From the IMG/VR virus record IMGVR_UViG_3300012942_001477, positions 1 to 37,321 of that record: a stretch of DNA of 37,321 nt; one strand, written 5' to 3'. Within the stretch, counting starts at the first letter, position 1; each line of letters begins with the position of its first letter. The position numbers and the translations under genes are program-made. This stretch comes from a virus (Duplodnaviria > Caudoviricetes). The notes beneath the pieces are model-generated. The model ran no database searches and was not told where the DNA came from. It saw only the letters and a program-made list of their open reading frames with translations. This document shows, piece after piece, positions 1 through 7,621 of the stretch.

Positions 1-1152
1 ATGGCGAAACAGCCGAAGAAAGTAGTTGGTGTTTATCAGAGGGCGGGTACTGAGACGTGGTGTGCGCAGCTCCGCGTCGGGGGGAAGCTGGTTCGGAAAT
101 CCTTCGGGCTAGGACCGGCAGGACGGAACGCAGCGATTGAATGGGTGGAGAAGGCTAGGACTGTCCGGCGCACCGGCGAGGGAATCCTGCCGCCGACCGC
201 CAAGCGTCCCGTACTGACTACTCAAGAGGTCGCCGTTCTCGGCGACACTGGGGGAGTAACGGTCGGGAAGTTGTGCGACGAGTTCGCCGCTTACATTAAA
301 CGTCATCCGGAAGAATACCGAGATCAGAAGAATCCGCCAGTTCGGATCGCGAAGATCAAAGCGGCTTTCGGTGACCGGATCGCTAGCGGTTTGAAATCAT
401 CAGAGATCGAGGCTTGGCTCGATGACGTCCAGGAAGATAGGGAACTGGCGAACGCAACTATTAATAAGCTACGCGGAACTTTTTCGATGATCTATCAGCA
501 TGGCAAGCGGAAGGATCTGGTCGATGTGAATCCGGCTGCTGATGTGCCGCTGCGCGATGTGGGGAATGGTATTGAGCGATATCTGTCGGAAGCTGAGGAA
601 AAGCGGATGCGCGAGGTAATCCAGAAGGCCATCGACGCCTGTGACCCGATCCGCCAGCCCGTGATGAGGAATCATGCTATCCAGAGACAAATCGAATTCG
701 ACTTCGCGCTGAAGTCTGGGGTCCGACGCAGTGAGCAGTTCAACCTGACTTGGGCAGATGTCGACTTGAAACGGCGAATCATGAGGTTAAGGAAGACCAA
801 GAACGGAAAGCCTCGGAACGCTTTCATCATCGATGACGTGGCTGCCGATCTTAAGCAACTTCAGGAGATGAACCTCGGTCGACGCGACGGCAGGGAAAAC
901 ACCGATCTCGTCTTTTCAAAGAGCGATAACCACAAGTGGTTCAATTCCTATCTGAAGCAGGCCAAGATCAAGAACTTCCGTTGGCATGATCTCAGGCACA
1001 CCTTCTGTTCTCGTCTGGTTCAGGCCGGGGTGCATCTTTCAGTGGTCAAAGAGGCGGCGGGGCATGCATCGATTGCATCGACCATGAGGTACGCGCATCT
1101 GGGACCAACTCAGATACATGATGCGCTGGCGGTGTTGAATAGTGCGAAATAA
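1..1152 (+). CDS. int: Tyrosine recombinase / phage integrase
   Basis: Catalytic residues in the expected order: GVRRSE (R), KTKNGK (K), HDLRH (HxxR), GHASI (H), TMRYAH (Y). N-terminal arm-binding-like segment and ATINK core-binding helix. Confidence 0.95.
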   Translation: MAKQPKKVVGVYQRAGTETWCAQLRVGGKLVRKSFGLGPAGRNAAIEWVEKARTVRRTGEGILPPTAKRPVLTTQEVAVLGDTGGVTVGKLCDEFAAYIKRHPEEYRDQKNPPVRIAKIKAAFGDRIASGLKSSEIEAWLDDVQEDRELANATINKLRGTFSMIYQHGKRKDLVDVNPAADVPLRDVGNGIERYLSEAEEKRMREVIQKAIDACDPIRQPVMRNHAIQRQIEFDFALKSGVRRSEQFNLTWADVDLKRRIMRLRKTKNGKPRNAFIIDDVAADLKQLQEMNLGRRDGRENTDLVFSKSDNHKWFNSYLKQAKIKNFRWHDLRHTFCSRLVQAGVHLSVVKEAAGHASIASTMRYAHLGPTQIHDALAVLNSAK

Positions 1153-1175
1153 GCGAGAGTCAAACGGAAAGCAAG

Positions 1176-1208
1176 AAGCCCCGGTTTAGGCCGGGGCTTT
1201 CTGTTTCT
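1176..1208. terminator. Bidirectional intrinsic terminator between int and xis
   Basis: Stem AAGCCCCGG (1176-1184) / CCGGGGCTT (1191-1199), A-rich before and T-rich after, between convergent genes. Confidence 0.85.
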
Positions 1209-1219
1209 GGGGGCAGGAG

Positions 1220-1453
1220 TCAGGCGGCAACTCCATCGATGTGGTCCCGGCCAGCGAAACGAACCAACTCCTCATGTGGAACCAGGATCCGAGATCCAAT
1301 CCGTCTTACCTTCAACTCGCCGTTTGCGATCAGATAGTCAAGAGAACGGGCAGATAGTGAGAGCTGGTAAGCAGCTTCCCGGCGCGAGTACAGGAGACGC
1401 GGCTGCGTGGAAGCCGCGTCCTCGATCGATGGATACGTGCGGCAGTTAGCCAT
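1220..1453 (-). CDS. xis: Excisionase-like HTH DNA-binding protein (HTH_17 type)
   Basis: LLYSRREAAYQLSLSARSLDYLIANGELKVRRIGSRILVP is a typical excisionase winged HTH; adjacent to int. ATG at 1453 preferred over the ORF-track start at 1477 because it couples with the stop of the upstream gene. Confidence 0.85.
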   Translation of the reverse strand: MANCRTYPSIEDAASTQPRLLYSRREAAYQLSLSARSLDYLIANGELKVRRIGSRILVPHEELVRFAGRDHIDGVAA

Positions 1454-1775
1454 TGGCGATAACACCTTTGAACGCATCCATAGCTTGATGTAAAAACTCA
1501 GCTTCGGCGAGAGCTGAATTTACGGCGCGTATTTTTCCCGCAATCTTCTCTTCGTTGTAGTGACGACCAGCGCTGTAGCGGTATCCCATTACGCGTAAGA
1601 GTTCCGCAACTGATGCTGCGGTCATGGGTCCATCTGTCAGTGCTACGGCAAGAGCTGCGATAGCTTCAGACTGGCCGAATTCGGCGTCTTCATCGTCTCT
1701 ATAGGTGGAGATAATAGACCTAATCTGCTCCATCTGTTCTACGGTGAGGCGGGTATTACCTGAAACGTTGTTCAT
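1446..1775 (-). CDS. Hypothetical phage protein (109 aa)
   Basis: ATG with an AGGTAGGAAAG purine-rich RBS upstream; overlaps the xis start by 8 nt. Confidence 0.75.
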   Translation of the reverse strand: MNNVSGNTRLTVEQMEQIRSIISTYRDDEDAEFGQSEAIAALAVALTDGPMTAASVAELLRVMGYRYSAGRHYNEEKIAGKIRAVNSALAEAEFLHQAMDAFKGVIANG

Positions 1776-1966
1776 TGATTCTTCTTTCCTACCTATTTGA
1801 TTTTTGCAAGGGGAAAACGCTCGCTCCCAAAGCAGGGCAGTCGAGGGTGTTACAGGATTCGCCAGCAGTTAGCGCCGGGCTGAATCATCTCGGTCAGTGG
1901 TAGGCGACCGATAGCCTCATCGCTCAGATGAGCGGAACATCATCATTGCATAGGGTGGCAAGGAAC

Positions 1967-2674
1967 TCAAGCAGCACGTTTTCCACATACGCGCCTGGGA
2001 ATTGAAAACGTCCTCTCAGCCACCGGCATAGCAACGGGCCTTGCCGGGTAGAGCAATGAGGCCAAAGCTTCTGGCTTTGGCTCGACCAGGCTCTGGATGA
2101 AGTCTCTAGCCTTCACGCCATCCTTCAGATAATGGCCGCGCTCGGCGGCGGCCTGGCGTAGCTCCCGCAGATAGCTCTTTACCTGGTCAATGTTCGCTTC
2201 GACGATCCGCTTGCGCTTCTCGATAAGCATCCGGCGAAATCTGGAGATCGTCATGGAACGATGGAATCCAGCGACCTCATAATGTGTCGGGAACGTCATG
2301 GCGACCACCTCGTCGTCGGTTAGATCGAACACCTTGTACTCACGCCGCGCCTCGGTCAGGGATTCGTGGACGCCTTCGATCTTTCGAGACTCTTCCGGCC
2401 AGGTGTTGGGATCTTCGGTGATCACGAAAAAGTAGGAATACGCGGAGAGAAACTCGTCAGCCAGGAATCCATTCCGGCCCAGGCCGAACCAGAGGAAGCA
2501 GTTGACCGCATCGCATATCGTGGAGCGGGATAACGCGCCGAGGCCATCGCCTGGACGAGTGGAGAAGAAGTGGTCATCACCAAGGCGGTCGGTTCGGGAT
2601 TCTCCGCCGAATGGGTTGGCACACATGCCACCCTTGGTGGCTTTGGAAGAGGGGCAGACATCGGTATCGTTCAT
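1967..2674 (-). CDS. Hypothetical early protein (235 aa)
   Basis: Long ORF co-oriented with the xis operon; no motif recognised. Confidence 0.7.
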   Translation of the reverse strand: MNDTDVCPSSKATKGGMCANPFGGESRTDRLGDDHFFSTRPGDGLGALSRSTICDAVNCFLWFGLGRNGFLADEFLSAYSYFFVITEDPNTWPEESRKIEGVHESLTEARREYKVFDLTDDEVVAMTFPTHYEVAGFHRSMTISRFRRMLIEKRKRIVEANIDQVKSYLRELRQAAAERGHYLKDGVKARDFIQSLVEPKPEALASLLYPARPVAMPVAERTFSIPRRVCGKRAA

Positions 2675-2759
2675 GATCCGATCTTGCGCCGCCGGGTTAA
2701 CCGAACCAAAGCATTGCCTGGAGCTGCGACTTAGCCAGGAGTCCAGACGACATCTGTTG

Positions 2760-3000
2760 TTTATTCCACTAAAGAAATTGCTTATGGAGAACAGTTAATC
2801 AGGCCACCGTCGCTCCCTCGTTCCGCGCCGACCCTGCCGGGCCACCGCGCCGGTCGCGGCTCAGGGCCGCCAAATGGCCAATTACAGGCCCGAATGGACG
2901 ATACGAGCTAAGTCATTGATTATCCTGCGTTAGTCGATTTATTCCACTAAAGATGTTGTCGTACAGAACAGTTATCAGCCGCCACCGCTCCGTCCGCGGC
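2760..3000 (+). repeat. Imperfect ~60-bp direct repeat, two copies (about 2760-2827 and 2938-2998)
   Basis: Exact 16-mer TTTATTCCACTAAAGA at 2760 and 2938, each followed by AGAACAGTTA, TCAG, GCCACCG, GCTCC and TCCGCG blocks. Confidence 0.85.
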
Positions 3001-3431
3001 CAAGAACGCAAGCGCCTCCCTTCGGGCGGCTTTGCTACCGCCGACTCCGCTAAATCCTCTCCTGGGAGGCTTCGCGCCTGATAGTCCGTGATCCGGGAAG
3101 GGAGAAGCTGGCAGGTATGTCACTCGAAAACTGGCAGTTCCGACGACGTCGGCTCATCCTGGAACCCTCGGCTGTATCGGCTCCGTCTTTGGACAGGATC
3201 TCGGAAGGCGGCCCCTCGAGGGAGCCGCCCTAGATCAAAGTCTCGGTTCGGTTCTTCTTTTATAGATATGTGCTGGATTTTGGAACTCCACCAAATTATT
3301 TTTATCTTTTTTTCTGTAGATTTCCTCCAGAACAGGGGTAAAATAGGGAGGGGTACGATATACTATATATAAACATGCAGCGCAGCCTAGGAACTGTTTG
3401 GCAGTAAGGCAGAAAGGGGCAGGATAAAGAC

Positions 3432-4511
3432 GTGGGAAAGATTCTCCAGTTCGCGCCGGTTGTTTCGAAATACTCGTTCCGCGAGTACCGTCTCCCTGTT
3501 CCTGTCGCTGAAGTTGACCGCGCCAAAGTTGGAGACCTCATCGAGGGACGCGGTCTTGTACTGGAGATCCTCAAAGGTCCGTCGCGCACTCACGACAAAC
3601 TGATGGTCCTTTGTTATTGCGGGAAGGTTTCTCCGAAGCCTACGTCACGCTACAACATCAAAAGCGGAAAGAGCCGGAGCTGCGGTCATCTCCGGTCGAC
3701 ACATGCGAAAAGTGTCTATATGAAGATGAGCCCGAAGGAGCGTCGGGATCTCTTTAACTGCGTATGTGGGAAGGGATCCTGGAAGGCCGCCAAACAGCAC
3801 AAGCAACCGAAGTTCGTTATCGACATTGCGTCTCGTGAATACGTGCAGGATCTGCTCGAGCGCGAGGAAGTGGCCGAGGTGAGGAAAGTAGTCCGTCAGG
3901 CTGCTCGCTTCAATCACGGCGTAGAGCTGGCCCGCAAGTATTTCGATCTGTCCGTTGATGAGGTGAAGGCGATTATGGCGAGAAGCCATAAATCGCCGGT
4001 GGAGGAAGAGAAGACGGAGCTGACCGAGAACCAAAAGGCTCTACTGCTCTCGGCACTGAATGCTCTGGATGGAGCCGCCGATCCCATGTTCCGTGATCTC
4101 GGAGTTGCCAAGAGCTCCGAGCATCTCCTGGATCTGATGAACGATGCGGCTGAAGTCGTGGCCCTCACTGTCAACGATGACATCCACATCAGTACCCGCG
4201 AGTTTGCCACGCCTGGTACGGTCGCCGCCGCAAAGTCGAAAAGCCTACTGAACTGGATGTGGAAAGTTCTGAATGGCTTGGATGCATCCTGTATGACGCC
4301 AGCTCTCAAGTGGCTGCTCCGAACGCTGAAGCTGAATATCTGGTTACGTGAGGCCCGTCGCAAGGATGCTTTGAAGCGCCGACTCAAGCGCCGCACCAGT
4401 CCATCAGATCGCTTCGGTTGGAAAGCACCAGATATTGCTGCCGATGGTGCCTCCGCTGTCATCCGGGCCAATGCAGTGGTCGCGCTCGTCCCTGCAACGA
4501 TTGCTGCCTAA
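3432..4511 (+). CDS. Hypothetical protein (359 aa) with Cys-rich putative DNA-binding motif
   Basis: GTG start; LCYCG...IKSGKSRSCGH resembles the CxCG...SGxSxSCGC module found beside HNH/AP2 domains in phage proteins; remainder helical and basic. Confidence 0.75.
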   Translation: MGKILQFAPVVSKYSFREYRLPVPVAEVDRAKVGDLIEGRGLVLEILKGPSRTHDKLMVLCYCGKVSPKPTSRYNIKSGKSRSCGHLRSTHAKSVYMKMSPKERRDLFNCVCGKGSWKAAKQHKQPKFVIDIASREYVQDLLEREEVAEVRKVVRQAARFNHGVELARKYFDLSVDEVKAIMARSHKSPVEEEKTELTENQKALLLSALNALDGAADPMFRDLGVAKSSEHLLDLMNDAAEVVALTVNDDIHISTREFATPGTVAAAKSKSLLNWMWKVLNGLDASCMTPALKWLLRTLKLNIWLREARRKDALKRRLKRRTSPSDRFGWKAPDIAADGASAVIRANAVVALVPATIAA

Positions 4512-4569
4512 AGGTTGAGCGGCTGGTAGCCGCCCCCTCGACTGCTGCGATGAGTGTACCCGCCGCGAT

Positions 4570-4770
4570 CTATGCCACCACTTCGATCTGGCGGCTAGCC
4601 GACGCCAAACCACCCCGGACGGAGCGAACAATAATGTCGCCGGTGTCGAGCAACTGCTCCTCAGAAATATCTAACTCAATGTCGCAGATTAGCTTTTGAG
4701 CGCAGATCGCTGCTTCATTCTTGTTCCCAGCCGGCAGAGCAATGCAAAACGTGATCACGTAGTTGTTCAT
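4570..4770 (-). CDS. Small hypothetical protein (66 aa)
   Basis: ATG ORF filling the gap after the 359-aa gene, with a promoter-like sequence directly upstream. Confidence 0.55.
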   Translation of the reverse strand: MNNYVITFCIALPAGNKNEAAICAQKLICDIELDISEEQLLDTGDIIVRSVRGGLASASRQIEVVA

Positions 4771-4776
4771 GTATTG

Positions 4777-4805
4777 ATGATGGCGAGTATCGACGGTAAC
4801 TGCAA
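4777..4805 (-). promoter_or_regulatory. Putative sigma70 promoter giving a leaderless mRNA for 4570..4770
   Basis: Minus strand reads TTGCAG-N17-CATCAT-N6-ATG; no Shine-Dalgarno before the ATG. Confidence 0.45.
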
Positions 4806-5184
4806 TAGATGCAAAGTCCGCATAAACGCTATCTACCTACCACCTCGTTAGATTGCCGATTCCGTAAGTCATTTAATCGTTAGGACCTACACGCCATCGA
4901 TGTTCCAGGCGATCCTGAACAATATTTTGGCGTAATAACTCTTTGGTTCATCTCCCCACTAGATCTAAATTCTGGATATCGACAGGCGTGGGGACGCCTT
5001 CGATTGCAGTGGCGGCTCCGGCGTATTAACGAGGTCTGGTACACGCTGGGGCCAGTCACCCCTCTCTCCCCATCCCTTCTAGTTCTACCCATCTCCTCCA
5101 TCCAGGACGACTCCCCATGCAAGCATCTTCCGTTAACCAGATCCCTGCCTTCCCGCTCACCCTACCGTCGATGACCTCGGCTCG

Positions 5185-5487
5185 ATGGCCGCCGACCCGA
5201 CAACTCTGCGCAAGATCCTGAGCAACTGCCGACAAGACGGCGATTGCTTGCTCTGGCTCGGTGGCACATCGACGAAGGGCGCGTATCCATATTTGGGTCA
5301 TGGACGGTACGGCCACCGTGAAGCTTACCGAGCGTACAACGGCGATCTGGAAAACGGATCACTGGCCCACGAGAGCCACTCCGTTGAAGTGCATCATACC
5401 TGCCGCCGCAAGAGATGCTGCAATCCGCGACATCTCGAAGAAGTTACCCGCCGCCGCCACTCGCAACTTCACAAAGGAGTGAACTAA
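5185..5487 (+). CDS. HNH endonuclease (HNH_3 / homing-type)
   Basis: DCLLWLG...GHREAY...VHHTCRRKRCCNPRHLEEVT matches the CWxW...HR...HxCxxxxCxNPxHL pattern. Confidence 0.85.
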   Translation: MAADPTTLRKILSNCRQDGDCLLWLGGTSTKGAYPYLGHGRYGHREAYRAYNGDLENGSLAHESHSVEVHHTCRRKRCCNPRHLEEVTRRRHSQLHKGVN

Positions 5488-5582
5488 TGACCACGTTCTT
5501 AATCGGCGCCGCCTTCTCCATCATCTCCGGTCTGACTCTAGCTTGTGCTATTTCCCTGATCAAAGATCTCCGCAGACCTTAA
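5487..5582 (+). CDS. 31-aa single-pass membrane peptide (not in ORF track)
   Basis: MTTFLIGAAFSIISGLTLACAISLIKDLRRP*; AAAGGAG RBS at 5473-5479; TAATG coupling with the HNH stop. Confidence 0.65.
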   Translation: MTTFLIGAAFSIISGLTLACAISLIKDLRRP

Positions 5583-5665
5583 CTCGCAACCCCAAACACC
5601 ATCCCAGAAGCGGCCCATCAAAGGGCCGCTCTGAATTTAAACCTACCCTCCCAGGAGCAGCCAGA

Positions 5666-5920
5666 ATGAGCAAGAAGAAGACAGTAGATGCGAACGGTGA
5701 TCTTCCAGTAATTGAACGAGTACCAGTTGACGCGCGTAAGGCACTTCGCAGTTCCGCGTCTCTCCGTCCCGGACCGGCAATGATGATGGCCGCCGCCGAA
5801 GGGAACCAGGAGGCTCAGGCAATTCGAGACAGTTGGAGATTCAACTTTCCCATTCGCACAGTTTCTCCCGAGGAATTGGCTGATATCTGCGACCGCGGCC
5901 GGGTAACCTTCCATGGCTGA
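5666..5920 (+). CDS. Hypothetical protein (84 aa)
   Basis: AGGAG RBS then ATG at 5666 (MSKKKTVD...), in frame with track ORF 5543..5920; overlaps the next start. Confidence 0.65.
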   Translation: MSKKKTVDANGDLPVIERVPVDARKALRSSASLRPGPAMMMAAAEGNQEAQAIRDSWRFNFPIRTVSPEELADICDRGRVTFHG

Positions 5921-6365
5921 TCTACATCCGCTCGACCTCGCTTACGATCGATGGTGGCGCCACCCTTCGAGCAGACCGCCAGTAGATGAGCTGATGGCCA
6001 TCGTTCTATCCCACGCGAAACGACTAACAGGTGACGAGGATGCGGCGGCAGACGCGACCCTGTACGTTATCCAGAATCTCCATCGTTTCGTTCGTCAGAA
6101 GGCGAACTCGTTTTCCCACTGGATATTCTCCATCTGTCGCCGGCGAAGACTTGAGTCCTACCGTCGCCGAGATCATGAGGAGTTCATCGATGAAACCTAC
6201 CCATCCGACGAGGGGGAGTATCGGGATTACTCGCTACTGTCTCCGTCACTTCGATCTATCGCACAGGATCTTGCATCCGGGAAGACGATTGACGAGTTGG
6301 CTGCAAAGGAAGGTGTCGAGCCAGCCAGCATAAGACGAAGAATTTTGCGCCAGTGTGTCACGTAA
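5913..6365 (+). CDS. Phage ECF-type sigma-70 family factor, probable late-gene regulator
   Basis: Region-2-like DEDAAAD...FSHWIFSICRRRRLESYRR and region-4 HTH LSPSLRSI...GKTIDELAAKEGVEPASIRRRI; last gene before the late operon. Confidence 0.75.
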   Translation: MADLHPLDLAYDRWWRHPSSRPPVDELMAIVLSHAKRLTGDEDAAADATLYVIQNLHRFVRQKANSFSHWIFSICRRRRLESYRRRDHEEFIDETYPSDEGEYRDYSLLSPSLRSIAQDLASGKTIDELAAKEGVEPASIRRRILRQCVT

Positions 6366-6526
6366 TAAGGCGGTCGACGCCTATACAGGCAGACGGAAGT
6401 TATGCATCGCGCCTAGCTCGACGCCAGTGGCGCTGAATGAAAGCCACTCAAAGAGAGCCATACTCCGAGGTCGGCGCGGCGGCTCCAAAGGCCGCCCCGC
6501 TCGGAGGCTAAGATTCTGGAGATCCG

Positions 6527-6844
6527 ATGAACCCCTTTGCACCCATTGCTCATTACCTGCTGAATATTCTCCGTGCCGTCGGCGGACAGCTAGCCGTCAA
6601 GACTGAGACCTTCCTGAAGCAGTTCGTCAAGGAAGATGTTGCGAAACTGGCTATTGACGCTGTGACCGTCATCCAGTCCGAGATGCCTGATGCCGATGGA
6701 ACTGTAAAGCGTGATGCTGCCGTTGCCCAGCTCAAGTCGGATCTTGCATCCGTTGGCCATGATGTTCAGACTTTCGCGCTATCCACACTGAATTGGTTGG
6801 TAGAGACGGCCCTTCAGGCCGTGCTGACAGGAGTGGCTAATTAA
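6527..6844 (+). CDS. LL-H-family holin-like protein (tentative)
   Basis: AVTVIQ...DGTVKRDAAVAQLKSDL...LNWLVETALQAV resembles the LL-H holin C-terminal pattern (G..K...A...l...IEaAV); GGAG RBS; no strong TM helix, so function uncertain. Confidence 0.4.
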   Translation: MNPFAPIAHYLLNILRAVGGQLAVKTETFLKQFVKEDVAKLAIDAVTVIQSEMPDADGTVKRDAAVAQLKSDLASVGHDVQTFALSTLNWLVETALQAVLTGVAN

Positions 6845-7167
6845 TGATCGTACATCTAACCGAGGAGCAGGTGGAGTTGCTTTCGCTGATGTGTCTGGAT
6901 GTGCTCGGGCAGTTATGCGCCGACCGGCACTACTACGCCGGCAGAGAGAGGGAAGACCTCGAAGATCTGGTCGAACATCTCGGAGAGACACACGAAGTTC
7001 TGAATGCAGCTAACTCTAATGTCGTCGACATTGACGCTCGTGGACTCACCCCTGCCGAACTAGAAGAGGTCATTCGCAGGGCCATTGCGAAAGCCACTCC
7101 TAAGATCATCGCAGAAGCAGTCAAGACTGTACGGGATACCAATCGTCGCCGTGCCAGCGGCTGCTAA
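6844..7167 (+). CDS. Hypothetical protein with tape-measure C-terminal-like tail
   Basis: TAATG coupling and AGGAG RBS; residues from IDARG onward align ungapped with the end of the tape measure protein. Confidence 0.75.
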   Translation: MIVHLTEEQVELLSLMCLDVLGQLCADRHYYAGREREDLEDLVEHLGETHEVLNAANSNVVDIDARGLTPAELEEVIRRAIAKATPKIIAEAVKTVRDTNRRRASGC

Positions 7168-7501
7168 ACGTCTCTGCCGAAAGCCAGGCTGTCCAGCCCT
7201 GACCGACACCGGTTACTGCGATGCACATGCACCTGAGGCAAAGCAACAAAAGGAACGGTGGAGAGGTTCCAGTTCGTCCCGTGGATATGATTCGGCCTGG
7301 CAGCGCGTGCGCCTCCTGGCGCTACGCCGCGATGGCTTCCGTTGTGTGAATTGCCGGGACAAGTACAAGCGAGTCACACCGGCTCAGTCAGTCCACCACC
7401 TGAAGAAGGTGGCAACGCATCCGCATCTTCGGCTGGAGCTGTCTATCCTCATTTCCTGCTGTGCGCCGTGCCACGAAGAGCTGGAGAAGCTGGCCGAGTA
7501 G
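7151..7501 (+). CDS. Packaging-associated HNH endonuclease (HK97 gp74-like)
   Basis: Likely GTG start at 7151: MPAAAKRLCRKPGCPAL...YCDAH, RGYDSAW, RDGFRCVNC, VHH, CAPCH; located just before cos and terminase. Confidence 0.88.
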   Translation: MPAAAKRLCRKPGCPALTDTGYCDAHAPEAKQQKERWRGSSSSRGYDSAWQRVRLLALRRDGFRCVNCRDKYKRVTPAQSVHHLKKVATHPHLRLELSILISCCAPCHEELEKLAE

Positions 7502-7506
7502 ATTCG

Positions 7507-7600
7507 GAGGGGATAGGGGGGCAAATCTCTATTGCTCCGACCCCTGCCAGACCCAGCCCTGGTCGAATTTTCGCGTGGTCGAATTGAAGGGTGGGGGTAT
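7507..7600 (+). other. Probable cos / packaging-initiation region
   Basis: GGGGGGCAAATCTCT...AGACCCAGCCCTGGTC...AATTTT...GGGTGGGGGTAT between the HNH and the packaging genes, the layout typical of HK97-like 3'-cos phages. Exact cut site not determinable. Confidence 0.6.
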
Positions 7601-7621
7601 CGCCTGCCCGAAAAGGACATT

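Noticed and set aside
3088-3593. Short ORFs 3088..3372, 3302..3589 and 3387..3593
   Set aside because: No RBS or motifs; they overlap the AT-rich control tract or lie antisense to the 359-aa gene.
6430-6445. CTGAATGAAA as a hammerhead ribozyme core
   Set aside because: Does not match CUGANGA plus a separate GAAA with the required three stems.
7532-7621. ORF-track N-terminal extension of the methyltransferase
   Set aside because: Runs through the cos-like region; an RBS and the ParB-like domain start support TTG at 7622.
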